Virus record (IMG/VR): IMGVR_UViG_3300022752_000032
Coordinates: 1 to 64,000 of that record
Source of the DNA: a virus
Taxonomy: Duplodnaviria; Caudoviricetes
Strand: one strand, 5' to 3'
Length of the DNA stretch: 64,000 nt
Part shown: positions 1 to 15,629 of the stretch, piece after piece
How positions within the stretch are numbered: the first letter of the stretch is position 1
Layout of the letters: every line of letters begins with the position of its first letter
Made by a program: the position numbers and the translations under genes
Notes under the pieces: model-generated
What the model saw: only the letters and a program-made list of their open reading frames with translations
The model's database searches: none
Told to the model about the DNA's origin: nothing

Positions 1-97
1 ATTGGTTTGAAAAAAGAATAAGAAATAAGGATGCTATAAGTACAGATAAAAAGGTGTCTATATTTAGTTTTTTACTTATGTATTTCATTTTTTAAAA

Positions 98-1012
98 CTA
101 AGCCCAACTCACATTTCCATTACCAGCAGTAATTGTGGTAACTTTAAACCCACCAGCAGGCGCTGATGTTGTACCAGTTAATCCTGCGCCAATTGAAATT
201 GTGTAAGTATCAGGATATTTTATAATTACAACTCCTGAACCTCCAGATGCACCATTAGCAACTCCTGCTGCAGAAGCACCACCACCTCCACCGCCAAAAT
301 TAGCATTTGCTGCTGTTGGTATACCGCTTGCATAAGGTGGTTGCCTATCTCCACCATTACCAGCATTTGTTCCACCTACTCCTCCAGGCTCAGAACCACC
401 ACTGTAACCACCGCCGCCACCTCCGCCTGAACCATATACTTGAGAAGTCCCAGAAATAGAATTAGATTTACCTTCTCCGCCATTACCACCGCGATGAACT
501 CCAGTTGTATTTTTACCAACTTCACTAGCACCGCCACCACCACCACCAGCAAATTGATTCTCACCTTGGCCATTACCACCAGCATAACCTTCTACTGGAG
601 AGTATGAACCTGCGTTTCCTGCACCACCAGTTCTAGATGCATCATTTGCATTTATTGCACCGCCACCGCCACCTGATCCGCCTGAACCTGGAGAATAAAG
701 TGTACTGCCATATCCTGATGAACCTTTTCCACCACCAGTTGATGAATTACTTCCAAATGTAGAGTTTCCACCATTTGTAGCTTGTGCACTATTTGTTCCA
801 CCTGTGCCACCAGCACCAACTGCAACTGCATAATTAGTTGCTAATGCCAAAGTTTGAGATGTAAAATATCTATAACCACCTCCGCCGCCGCCGCCTGAAC
901 CTGCATAATAACCACCACCACCCCCGCCACCGCCTGCTACAACAAGGTAGTCAGCAGTTAAACTTAAAAATGATTTAATGTTTTGTGATGCTTGCGTTCC
1001 GAGAATGGGCAT
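98..1012 (-). CDS. Glycine-rich adhesin-like virion protein (MPILG-leader family)
   Basis: 304 aa; YLVVAGGGGG start motif, many poly-Gly runs, GGSGVVIIKYP and NVSWA end; paralogous to six other genes in the window. Confidence 0.75.
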   Translation of the reverse strand: MPILGTQASQNIKSFLSLTADYLVVAGGGGGGGGYYAGSGGGGGGGYRYFTSQTLALATNYAVAVGAGGTGGTNSAQATNGGNSTFGSNSSTGGGKGSSGYGSTLYSPGSGGSGGGGGAINANDASRTGGAGNAGSYSPVEGYAGGNGQGENQFAGGGGGGASEVGKNTTGVHRGGNGGEGKSNSISGTSQVYGSGGGGGGGYSGGSEPGGVGGTNAGNGGDRQPPYASGIPTAANANFGGGGGGASAAGVANGASGGSGVVIIKYPDTYTISIGAGLTGTTSAPAGGFKVTTITAGNGNVSWA

Positions 1013-1033
1013 GAGGCTCCTAAAAGTATTTAC

Positions 1034-1079
1034 TAATTATATCGTGAATTTAGAATCTGTTTTTTCGCGCTCTCATTCC
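1034..1079 (-). promoter_or_regulatory. Repeated promoter element, copy 1
   Basis: Minus strand GGAATGAGAGCGCG-N22-GATATAATTA, 21 nt upstream of the start at 1012; same boxes and spacing at 3163-3208. Confidence 0.7.
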
Positions 1080-1120
1080 CTAAAAGGAATTGGAGATATA
1101 GGTAGTAAATTTAAAACTTG

Positions 1121-1465
1121 TTAAGGCTGGGTTTGCTCTATCCAAGTAAGGGAGTCTTCATCCCAAGTGTAGAACTTATCATCTTCTGGTCTTGGAGTAG
1201 GTGCATTCCAGAAAGAACCTGAGCGAGTCCAGGAAGGGAAAGGTTGAGGAGCAACAAAAATATCTTCATCTGAGTTATAAGAATACCCAATTCCAGCGTA
1301 GATCCCTCTAATATTATTGTTATAACTGGTGCGCTTGCAGGCTTGTCCTCTAAAGTTTCCATACCAAACCTCAGGGGTTAGGCCTTCAATTAATTCTGTC
1401 TCATCAATACCTGTAATAACTTCGGTAACGATGTTGTTTTCATCTAAGAACGCATAATGTGCCAT
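1121..1465 (-). CDS. Small Trp/Pro-rich adhesin-associated protein (MAH family)
   Basis: 114 aa; TSYN..YAGIGY..P.P..SW..W.APTP motifs shared with 20780..21157 and 26116..26484. Confidence 0.7.
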   Translation of the reverse strand: MAHYAFLDENNIVTEVITGIDETELIEGLTPEVWYGNFRGQACKRTSYNNNIRGIYAGIGYSYNSDEDIFVAPQPFPSWTRSGSFWNAPTPRPEDDKFYTWDEDSLTWIEQTQP

Positions 1466-1529
1466 GTTTATTGACTCGCTTTTCTAATATTGATAGTAGA
1501 AGTATACACTTTGTAACTGCAATTGATTA

Positions 1530-2372
1530 TCATGCCCAACTCACATTACCTGTACCAGCAGTGATTGTTGTAACTTTATATGAACCATCTGTTGCTGTTG
1601 AGCCTGTTAGCCCTGCGCCAACTGTAATTATGTACTCGTTTGGATATCTAAGTATAACTACCCCCGAGCCACCAGATCTGTTGTTTCCAGCGCCTCCACC
1701 TGTGTTAGCACTTCCATTGACACCATTTGTGTTTGCTCCTCCAGCACCTCCGCCACCTAAACCACCTGAACCAGCAGAAGTTTCACTACCTCCTCCCCCG
1801 CCGCCGCCATAATATGTAGACGTCCCAGTAATTGATGTTGCAACACCAATACCTCCATTACCAGATTTAGATGAAATTGCATTTCCACCAACTGCACCTG
1901 CACCACCGCCACCACCAGCATGATCACCATAATTTGTTGGGTTTGATCCTCCGTTAAATCCTTGACCGCTAGTTCCAGTTCCAACAGATGTAAAACGAGT
2001 ACCGCCACCGGCTCCTCCGTTTGCACCTTCAGTTTGTGCGTCTCTAGAACCACCAGCTCCACCACCCGTTGAAGTTATTGTTGAGAATATTGAGTCAGAA
2101 CCATTAGATCCTCTAACGGTAGAACTACCGCTAGGACTGCCTCCGCCTCCTACTGTAACTGTGTAATTAGTTGATGCAGTTAAAGATAAAGCAGACTCTA
2201 ATGAACCGCCACCACCAGTCGCTGTTACTGTAGAACGTAAACCTCCTGCACCGCCACCACCAGTACGCCATTGACCACTACCTCCAGAGCCGCCACCTGC
2301 AACTACTAAGTAGTCAACAGTTAAAGGAGGTAATTGAAAATAACTACTAGAAATTGTTCCAAGAATTGGCAT
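1530..2372 (-). CDS. Glycine-rich adhesin-like virion protein (MPILG-leader family)
   Basis: 280 aa; same N- and C-terminal framework as 98..1012. Confidence 0.75.
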   Translation of the reverse strand: MPILGTISSSYFQLPPLTVDYLVVAGGGSGGSGQWRTGGGGAGGLRSTVTATGGGGSLESALSLTASTNYTVTVGGGGSPSGSSTVRGSNGSDSIFSTITSTGGGAGGSRDAQTEGANGGAGGGTRFTSVGTGTSGQGFNGGSNPTNYGDHAGGGGGAGAVGGNAISSKSGNGGIGVATSITGTSTYYGGGGGGGSETSAGSGGLGGGGAGGANTNGVNGSANTGGGAGNNRSGGSGVVILRYPNEYIITVGAGLTGSTATDGSYKVTTITAGTGNVSWA

Positions 2373-2398
2373 TATGCAAAACTCACATTTTTAGGCAT
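2372..2398 (-). pseudogene. Collapsed glycine-rich gene remnant (mini-ORF MPKNVSFA)
   Basis: ATG CCT AAA AAT GTG AGT TTT GCA TAA, joined to both neighbours by TAATG overlaps; MP and NVS[WF]A are the family's termini. Confidence 0.6.
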
Positions 2399-3141
2399 TA
2401 TTTAGTTACCGTTCCTGTTCCTGCTGTAAATCTATATACACGATAACCTGCTCTTGAGCTAGTAGACATTGAATATGTTAATCCTGCGCCAACACTTAAT
2501 TCTGATTTATCACTAGCATACGCGATAACAACAACTCCTGATCCGCCAGCAGGTTGATAACCAGTTCCAGATGCCCCACCGCCAGTATTTGCACTAGCAC
2601 CGCCGCCAAGTCCATTAGATCCTGGTGCTGCATAGTTGCCACCAGCAAATCCACCGCCTCCGCCTCCATAGTAAGTAGCTGACCCAGTTATTGAAGAAGA
2701 TCTACCATCTCCTCCATTACCACCTCTTGCAAAATAATCTTCTCTGTCACCGTTGTACACACAAGCGCCGCCTCCTCCTACACCTGCCCAGCCACCACCG
2801 CCACTATAACCTTGTCCAGTGCCACACCAGCCAGAAACTCCAGCACCACCTGCGTTACCGTTACCAGAAGTTCCTCCAGGTCCATAAGAGCTAGTACCTG
2901 CTGCTGCTGTTATATTATAAAAACTAGATGCGCTACCTCCGCCGCCGACAGTGATGTTCCAAGAACTTAGAGAAGTTATAGAGTAACTAGTACTTAGCAG
3001 TACATTTCCGCCTCCACCACCGCTTGCTTGACTTGAATTATTTCCGCCACCGCCGCCAACTACAAGATATTCGATTGTTTCTGGTGGAAATGTTAAAAAA
3101 CTTTTTGTGTTTTGTGAAGCAGAAGTTCCTAAAAGTGGCAC
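2398..3141 (-). CDS. Glycine-rich adhesin-like virion protein (MPLLG leader)
   Basis: 247 aa, GTG start; EYLVVGGGGG, poly-Gly runs, GGSGVVVIAY. Confidence 0.75.
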   Translation of the reverse strand: MPLLGTSASQNTKSFLTFPPETIEYLVVGGGGGNNSSQASGGGGGNVLLSTSYSITSLSSWNITVGGGGSASSFYNITAAAGTSSYGPGGTSGNGNAGGAGVSGWCGTGQGYSGGGGWAGVGGGGACVYNGDREDYFARGGNGGDGRSSSITGSATYYGGGGGGFAGGNYAAPGSNGLGGGASANTGGGASGTGYQPAGGSGVVVIAYASDKSELSVGAGLTYSMSTSSRAGYRVYRFTAGTGTVTK

Positions 3142-3162
3142 GGGAATCCTTTGTTAGATGCT

Positions 3163-3208
3163 TAATTATATCTTACTTTAAAAATGCGTTTTTCCGCGCT
3201 CTCATTCC
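3163..3208 (-). promoter_or_regulatory. Repeated promoter element, copy 2
   Basis: Same two boxes, same 22-nt spacer and same 21-nt distance to start (3141) as 1034-1079. Confidence 0.7.
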
Positions 3209-3234
3209 GTAAGAAGCAGAGGAGGAGGATGAGA

Positions 3235-3714
3235 TTAGGGGGAGGGGTGTTTTTTGAGTTTGGATTTACGGTAGGTTTCTTGTCTACAAAGTTTGCAAAG
3301 TTTGTAGCCATCTTTAATAATAGTGTTCTCTTTACTACGTTCATGTCCGTGTTTGCAGTAAGGATTTTGACTAGGTCTACCAACTATCTTATTTATAGGA
3401 GTATTTAAGCCTCTTTTAAAAGCATCTAGATTGTTTTGTCTAGCAGTTCCCATGGCTAAATGATGAGGATTAACGCAAACTTTATTGTCGCAAAGATGCA
3501 TAATTTGTAGATTACGTGGGGATAGAGTGTCATTATTTTTATGTATAGCCCAAGAGATTTTATGAGCACTTATTAATTTACCTTTGCTATATGAAAAAGC
3601 CCCATACCCACTGCTAGTTATAGCAGCAAACCAAAGCCAGCAATCTTCATCTTCCTCGACATAGACTTTATCCCAGAAGCGGGCATCTCTTTCTTTAGTC
3701 CATTTAAGTTTCAT
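3235..3714 (-). CDS. HNH endonuclease
   Basis: CWLW..GYG, HLCDNKVCVNPHHL..GT...N motif; C-terminal CKHGH..CKLC. Confidence 0.9.
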   Translation of the reverse strand: MKLKWTKERDARFWDKVYVEEDEDCWLWFAAITSSGYGAFSYSKGKLISAHKISWAIHKNNDTLSPRNLQIMHLCDNKVCVNPHHLAMGTARQNNLDAFKRGLNTPINKIVGRPSQNPYCKHGHERSKENTIIKDGYKLCKLCRQETYRKSKLKKHPSP

Positions 3715-3716
3715 AT

Positions 3717-6338
3717 TTACCTAGAAAATCTAGCAGCAACAGACCAATCTACTTCTCCAGAAGGAACGGCTCTAGGAATTAAAGAACGCCCGCCAACTGT
3801 AGCCTGAGAACCTGAACCAACAATGCTTAAGTTTCTATCCATAAGTTTTCTATGGAATGCAATCTGAGTAAGAGGTCTCTCTCCACGATCTTCACTCCAT
3901 GCTCTGTAAACAGTGTAAAGTGTTTTAACAGATAAAGTAGATCCTGCATTTTCATTAGTCTCTTCGTTTAAGAACAAACCAATTCTGTCTTCATTTTTTC
4001 TATAGATCTCAGCCGCATCGCTAACAACCCGACACCAACCAAGACCATCTTTAGATCCAGAGCCTAAAATTTTAATTGCTCCTTCTACTGCCCATGCAAG
4101 AACAGCACTTAGTGCACCGTCTGGATCAAATATGTACTCTTTTAACTCTGGATCTGGACTTTCTGGAACATGTAAAAACGGTACTGGTCTAATACGTCTC
4201 CACATAGCATCATCACTAATTACTGGTCTGTGATTAGTACTTACCCAAAGTTTTGCACGAGAGCTAAAAGTAAAAGGTTTCTCGCCAGGAGAGCGAGCAG
4301 AGATTTCAGAAGAACCAGTTAACTTCTTAACTGAGTTTTCTTTTAATCTTTCAGACTCAGGTAATTCATCTACCCAAACCATTCTACGTCCACGCAACTC
4401 AGCCCAGTGGTAGAGATCTTGGCTATTTGCTCTGCCATCATTTTGTGCAAGAATGCTTGAGTCTAAAGGCCAAGCATATTGTTGAGTACCTAAACATTTA
4501 ACTAATGCTTCAACAAATGTATTTTTACCAGAACCAGCAGGACCGTAGACTAAAAACATAACATCATATTTTCTAGAACCAGTCAAAGAGTATCCAGCCG
4601 CACGTTGTAGCCACTCTTGGAACTCTTTATCTCCACCAGTAGCAAAGTCTAAGAATTGTTCCCAACGAACATTTCTTTGACCAACAATATATCCAACTGG
4701 CGCTCTTCTAGTTATAAATAGGTCAGGACGATTCTTTAACAACTCTCCTGTTTTAAGATCAACAACACCATTCATTACACCTAGTAGGTTTTCATCCTTA
4801 TCCCACTCTTCTACATGTCTATTAATTCTAGGATCAGAGTTACCTGCTTCAATTGCAGAGCGAATACGAGCAATTGATCTAGTTTGGTTAGCCCACCTAA
4901 TAGCCTCACCTTGCTTATCTGGGTCAGCATATTTAACAGTTTCACTAGAAATAAGAGTAGGAATCATTTTAGATAACTCTCTTACCTCTAAGCCTTCGGC
5001 ATCTGGCTTCCAGTATCCATTATTCCAATGAAACCATCCTAAGCCAGGTGTATATCTAATTACATCTTTAAAAGTATCTACTAATCTACGACCATTTCCA
5101 ATATCTGTAAATGTTCGCATACCCTCTGTTCCACCATCTTCGGCGGAAATAGCATCTTGCTCAGGAGGTATATCTAAATTTTTAGCAGATAAAACTTGTT
5201 CATTTGTGTAACCACTTTCAATAGAAGAAATTATTGCATTGTTTCTATCACTATTAACAGGAGGCTGAACAACTCCTAAAATTGGTTTTACTTTTTCTAA
5301 AGAAGTTCCTCCTAGAGATGCTCTAGTTTCTTTCTGAGAACCTTCTGCCCATTCTTTGTGACCAGGAGGTAAAAGTCTATCTAGTTTAGGATTTTTTAAA
5401 ACAAAATCAATTGCACGTCTAGTGTGCATCATCACACTATTAGTTCCCTCAAGTGGTAGAGGGGGTCTAACTTGTTCGGCATTAAAACGAATCATTAAAG
5501 ATTCAACAGCAAGACGACCTGCTTCAGTTTCTACAGGAAATTTATTTGCAAGAGAACAAGCAAGTGCATATATATCTACAGCACGACTACCTTCATCAAT
5601 ACCTTCTTTAAGAATTTTACTAACATCAATTGTTGGATCATAGTTTCCTATATCTCCAACCATTGCAGACCAGTCTCCAAGACCAACACTTGTTCCAGTA
5701 GATTTCCTTGATCTTTTTCTTAAAACATTAAGTAACTCCTCTGGTGCCTCAGCCATCTCCATTTCATGAGGGCCTTTACCTTTTACCCACTCATAGCAGT
5801 GACCTGAAAAGTGTCTAGAAGGTGCGATAAGAACATAGCCATTATGTTTGATATCAACGCCTTTTAAGCCTTGTTTATTTAGATTTCCAACTAACTCCTC
5901 TGACTCACTGCACTTGTAAAATAAGTGACGACCACGCATGGCTTTTCCATTACCAATTGTGTACTCACCAGTTATCGCTTCTACAGTTGATGGAAGTGCG
6001 CCTTCAAGTAAGGCTTCAAATTTTTCAAATGATTCTGGACCACCAGAACGAGGATCGATATCAATTACTAAAAATCCACTAGAACGGCAAACGACTCCAA
6101 TGTTGTAATCAGGTTCAGAAGACCACCACTCAGAAATTTTATCTACATCAGATGTAGCAGATGCGTTCCATTGGGCTATCGCTGGGTGTTTACCAGTATC
6201 TTTTGGCTCAGTGTGTGAAGAGTTACAACTACATCTTCCATTGGATATTCCATAACATGGAAGAATTTTCCAACCATGTTCTGCATACCATTTTGCACCT
6301 GGTGCAAGTCTGCCGTTTGCGTACTCCCATGTACTCAT
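3717..6338 (-). CDS. Bifunctional primase-polymerase / D5-like SF3 helicase
   Basis: N-terminal Prim-Pol (VIDID, GRHLFY, GYVLIAPS); C-terminal GPAGSGKNT Walker A, WVDE Walker B, STNH. Confidence 0.92.
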   Translation of the reverse strand: MSTWEYANGRLAPGAKWYAEHGWKILPCYGISNGRCSCNSSHTEPKDTGKHPAIAQWNASATSDVDKISEWWSSEPDYNIGVVCRSSGFLVIDIDPRSGGPESFEKFEALLEGALPSTVEAITGEYTIGNGKAMRGRHLFYKCSESEELVGNLNKQGLKGVDIKHNGYVLIAPSRHFSGHCYEWVKGKGPHEMEMAEAPEELLNVLRKRSRKSTGTSVGLGDWSAMVGDIGNYDPTIDVSKILKEGIDEGSRAVDIYALACSLANKFPVETEAGRLAVESLMIRFNAEQVRPPLPLEGTNSVMMHTRRAIDFVLKNPKLDRLLPPGHKEWAEGSQKETRASLGGTSLEKVKPILGVVQPPVNSDRNNAIISSIESGYTNEQVLSAKNLDIPPEQDAISAEDGGTEGMRTFTDIGNGRRLVDTFKDVIRYTPGLGWFHWNNGYWKPDAEGLEVRELSKMIPTLISSETVKYADPDKQGEAIRWANQTRSIARIRSAIEAGNSDPRINRHVEEWDKDENLLGVMNGVVDLKTGELLKNRPDLFITRRAPVGYIVGQRNVRWEQFLDFATGGDKEFQEWLQRAAGYSLTGSRKYDVMFLVYGPAGSGKNTFVEALVKCLGTQQYAWPLDSSILAQNDGRANSQDLYHWAELRGRRMVWVDELPESERLKENSVKKLTGSSEISARSPGEKPFTFSSRAKLWVSTNHRPVISDDAMWRRIRPVPFLHVPESPDPELKEYIFDPDGALSAVLAWAVEGAIKILGSGSKDGLGWCRVVSDAAEIYRKNEDRIGLFLNEETNENAGSTLSVKTLYTVYRAWSEDRGERPLTQIAFHRKLMDRNLSIVGSGSQATVGGRSLIPRAVPSGEVDWSVAARFSR

Positions 6339-6565
6339 TTTGACCTACTTACATAAGCAGTTTCTAAAACAACTGGTAATGAAGAAAACCACTTATCCGC
6401 ATCTTCAATAAGAATATAAACTCTTTCTCTTCCAGTTTCAGTAGTTGTTTTAATTGCATTTAATTCACCAAGCCATACTGCTCTGGCAACAACTCTAGAG
6501 GGTATTCCGTACCGCAGGGCAACGGCTCTTATGCTTAGTCTTTTTTGTCCTTGTATCAAAGCCAT
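6335..6565 (-). CDS. Small helix-turn-helix DNA-binding protein (excisionase-like fold)
   Basis: 76 aa; LSIRAVALRYGIPSRVVARAVWLGEL pattern; overlaps primase start. Confidence 0.65.
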   Translation of the reverse strand: MALIQGQKRLSIRAVALRYGIPSRVVARAVWLGELNAIKTTTETGRERVYILIEDADKWFSSLPVVLETAYVSRSK

Positions 6566-6772
6566 TACTCCCTCTTTATGTAAATCGTTGACGAACTATA
6601 GGGCAAGTTTTGATAAATATGCACCATTTACGCAATATTGAAACTATAGAGTTTTTAAAGCAAAAAAGGAAGAGACTCGCCAATATAAAAAATAAGATGT
6701 TTAAATATATGTCAAAATTAGATCATTAGTCAAAAGTCACTATGACATTAGTCAGATAGGTGCTCCCTTCAT

Positions 6773-7111
6773 ATGTTCAACGGTACTCAAGTTTGGTATG
6801 AAATAGTAGGTATAACAGGAGCAATCTCAGCGCTTTGTATTTTTCTATATTCAGTTTATAAAATAGCAAAAAGGATAGACGCAGCAATTGGGGTAGATGG
6901 GGAAGGTAGAACTCTATCAGATAGAATGGATAAGGTCGAGTATCAACTTTGGCCAAATGGGGGTCAGTCTTTGGCTGACAGAGTTAACTCGATAGATAAA
7001 ACTAATAATCAAATGATGACAGAGGTTCAAATTATTAAAGAACTTGTTCTTGGAATGATAGATACAACTCAGCAAGCATCTGTAGAGGCAAAAAAGAACA
7101 ACCTAGCCTAA
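6773..7111 (+). CDS. Single-pass membrane protein (possibly lysis-associated)
   Basis: Hydrophobic N-terminal helix, PNGGQSLAD motif, coiled-coil tail. Confidence 0.55.
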   Translation: MFNGTQVWYEIVGITGAISALCIFLYSVYKIAKRIDAAIGVDGEGRTLSDRMDKVEYQLWPNGGQSLADRVNSIDKTNNQMMTEVQIIKELVLGMIDTTQQASVEAKKNNLA

Positions 7112-7201
7112 AGGCAAAATTAGACAAAAAGGTAAAAAAAGTCTAAAAAGACACGCTGAAAAAAAGTTTGCTTAGGTGCTACTAAAAGTAATATTTACCG
7201 T

Positions 7202-7269
7202 TAAAGTACCCGTATGAAAGCAGTGTTTAGTTATCTAAACACTTACATACGAATGAGAAGGGTACTTTA
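7202..7269 (+). promoter_or_regulatory. Three-stem hairpin covering the ribosome-binding region of 7272
   Basis: 7202-7211/7260-7269, 7212-7216/7246-7250 and 7222-7230/7235-7243 are complementary. Confidence 0.55.
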
Positions 7270-7271
7270 TA

Positions 7272-7577
7272 GTGAGCCTATCTGAGAAGTTAAAAACAGC
7301 AACTAAATCCGAAACAGGTCTCCCTTGCGGAGTCTCTAGATTACTAGCCACAGTAAGTGATGAAGACCGTGAGGCTTTAGAGATAATTTTCTCTACTAAA
7401 GCTGGCAACGGATCTGTATCTAATCTAAAGATTCATGAAATTATATCTAGTGAAGGTCATAACATTGCATTTGCTTCAGTAAGACTTCACAGAGCAAGAG
7501 CCTGTAGATGCTATATAGGAAAGACTAATCAATTAAAAAAACATTTAAACAGTAAGTTAGAAAAAATTAATGAGTGA
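7272..7577 (+). CDS. Hypothetical protein, possible HTH/Zn-binding partner of the phosphoesterase
   Basis: 101 aa; PCGV and HRARACRC; overlaps next gene. Confidence 0.55.
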   Translation: MSLSEKLKTATKSETGLPCGVSRLLATVSDEDREALEIIFSTKAGNGSVSNLKIHEIISSEGHNIAFASVRLHRARACRCYIGKTNQLKKHLNSKLEKINE

Positions 7578-8772
7578 GTCGATAGCTGAAAAGCTAGCCG
7601 CACTTATATCCCCTGGAGAATCAGGCTCGGATATAAGAAAAAATAACACGCCAGAAGCATGGCGCCCACGTATGGAGATAGATGAGACTGGCGGATACTT
7701 AGTTTCTATCCCTAGATCAGAAGGAAACCTGCCAGATGCCATAGAGATTTTAAAAGAGTTTAATTTAGATCCCAAAGACTGGATTGTTAGATCAGTTCGT
7801 AGGTCTAGATGGCAAAGATATGACGGCGAGTGGCTAGAGTCGGCAAGAATAAATGTAGTTGCGTCAGAGATGATAAGAAAAGAAAATGATTTAGATTTAG
7901 AAAAACTTATAGAAGACATAAAAAAATGGAGACCTTCTGCTAGAGAAATAAAAGCAACAGGAGAGTTTGCTTTTGTATTTGCTCCCAGTGATCAACAAAT
8001 TGGTAAAAAAGGTAGTGGCGGCGGGACTTTAGAGTCTGTAGCAAGAATTCATCAAACCACCGAAGGCGGGATCCACAGATTAAAAGAGTTACGCAAGATA
8101 GGTAGAAGCCTAGGAACAACAGTAATTGCATTACTAGGAGATCATGTAGAGGGAAATGTTTCCCAGCATGGAAGATTGCAAGGACAGGCTTCTTCAGATC
8201 TAGGACTAACCGAGCAGACAAGAGTTGCTCGTAGACTATTAATGTCTCAAGTAAAAGCATTTGCTGAGATATCAGATCGAGTAGTTGTTCCAGTAGTTAA
8301 TGGAAACCATGATGAGGTAACTAGGCAAGTAGTTGCTAATCCAGCAGATGGTTGGAACACCGAGATTGCTAGCGCTGTGCAGGACGCTTGCGCAGAGAAT
8401 GAAAACTTAGCCCACGTTGAGTTTAGATATCCAGAAAGTGATCATCAAACTCTAGCAATAAATATAAATGGAACTATGCTTGGTTTATTTCACGGTCATC
8501 AATCTAGAGATCCAATTAAATATCTTTCAGGTCAAGCAGCAGGACAGACTGCTCTTGGCAATTGTGATGTTTGGTTATCTGGTCATTATCACCATTTTAA
8601 AAGCATGGATATAGGTCCTAGATTTTGGGCGCAGTGTCCGACTCTAGATCCTGGCTCTGCCTGGTTTAGAGATAGAACAGGGCTTGAGTCCCCTGCTGGA
8701 GTTTTAACAATGGTAATTGGAGAAGGTTACGACCCTCGTAGAGATATAAGCATTATCCCAGCTAGCAGGTAG
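7570..8772 (+). CDS. Calcineurin-like metallophosphoesterase (Mre11-like nuclease)
   Basis: SDQQ, GDHVEG, GNHD, FHGH, GHYHH motifs. Confidence 0.85.
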   Translation: MSESIAEKLAALISPGESGSDIRKNNTPEAWRPRMEIDETGGYLVSIPRSEGNLPDAIEILKEFNLDPKDWIVRSVRRSRWQRYDGEWLESARINVVASEMIRKENDLDLEKLIEDIKKWRPSAREIKATGEFAFVFAPSDQQIGKKGSGGGTLESVARIHQTTEGGIHRLKELRKIGRSLGTTVIALLGDHVEGNVSQHGRLQGQASSDLGLTEQTRVARRLLMSQVKAFAEISDRVVVPVVNGNHDEVTRQVVANPADGWNTEIASAVQDACAENENLAHVEFRYPESDHQTLAININGTMLGLFHGHQSRDPIKYLSGQAAGQTALGNCDVWLSGHYHHFKSMDIGPRFWAQCPTLDPGSAWFRDRTGLESPAGVLTMVIGEGYDPRRDISIIPASR

Positions 8773-8919
8773 AAAAATGCTCTATAATAAAGACAACTTT
8801 ATAAGCACTTTTTAATAAAATAAAAAAGTAAGAGTGTTAAAAATCTTGTAGAATATAGAAAGACCTATCTAGTTCTACCTCGTTCAGACGTGTTCGAGTG
8901 ATAGTATTTTGGAGATTTA

Positions 8920-11178
<2,259 letters not shown>

Positions 11179-11189
11179 GGAGGGGCTAA

Positions 11190-14702
<3,513 letters not shown>

Positions 14703-15629
14703 TTGCGTCATCTTGTAGGAGTATTTTCCTCTGAAATATTAAAAAGAACTTTTGTAAGTGGAGGAACACTCTCATCTGATTCCACTTACTATTACCGAGT
14801 ATTTACTAGTACAAGTGATTTAACAATAACTGGATCAAGTATATCTGTTGAATATTTAGTTATTGCTGGTGGCGGTGGTGGTGGAAGTGGCGGTGGTGGT
14901 GGTGGCGCAGGTGGAGTTCGTTCTAGTACTGCAACTCTTTCAGCAGGATCATATAATGCAACTATTGGCGCAGGAGGTGGCTACAGTTCTGGAAGTCCAT
15001 CTTCATTTAATTCTTTAAATACATCAGGCGGCGGCCGCGGCGCAGAGTATGCTAGCGCTGGTGGTAATGGCGGTTCAGGTGGTGGCGGTAGAGGTTGGTT
15101 TGGAGCAAACCAAGCAGCAGGTTCTGGTAACGCAGGTGGTTATTCACCTGTAGAAGGCTATGCAGGTGGAACTTACGCATCACAAGGTAATGGCGGAGGC
15201 GGTGGAGCAGGAGCAGCTGGTAGTGCAGCAAGTGGTAATAATGGTGGAGCAGGTGGAAATGGAACTTCTGCATATTCAACATGGTTATCTGCTATTAGTT
15301 CGGTAATGGGTGGAATAGGAGGATTTTTTAATTTAACTTGGCAACAAGCAACATCTTCTGGATATATTGCTGGCGGCGGAGGTGGAGGAAGCGTAAATAA
15401 CTCAAACTCTGCATCAAGAGGTTTAGGAGGAGGAGGGGTCGGAAACTATTTTACATCTGCTGGAGATGCGTTAAATTTTTATCAATGTAGTGCAACTACA
15501 AATACAGGTTCAGGTGGCGGCGGAGGTGGTGGTGGAGTTAGAAGCAGTGATGGTCAAAGTTATGATTCAACAGGCGGTGGTGGTGGCTCAGGAATAGTTG
15601 TAGTTAGATATCTAAAATCTGCAGTATAA
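14703..15629 (+). CDS. Glycine-rich adhesin-like protein
   Basis: TTG start directly after fiber stop; EYLVIAGGGGG, GGSGIVVVRY. Confidence 0.72.
   Translation: MRHLVGVFSSEILKRTFVSGGTLSSDSTYYYRVFTSTSDLTITGSSISVEYLVIAGGGGGGSGGGGGGAGGVRSSTATLSAGSYNATIGAGGGYSSGSPSSFNSLNTSGGGRGAEYASAGGNGGSGGGGRGWFGANQAAGSGNAGGYSPVEGYAGGTYASQGNGGGGGAGAAGSAASGNNGGAGGNGTSAYSTWLSAISSVMGGIGGFFNLTWQQATSSGYIAGGGGGGSVNNSNSASRGLGGGGVGNYFTSAGDALNFYQCSATTNTGSGGGGGGGGVRSSDGQSYDSTGGGGGSGIVVVRYLKSAV

Noticed and set aside
3235-3714. HNH gene as part of an intron or intein in the primase
   Set aside because: Free-standing after an intact primase stop; no split gene flanks it
6773-7111. Definite holin
   Set aside because: Only one predicted membrane helix and no adjacent endolysin; left as a membrane protein
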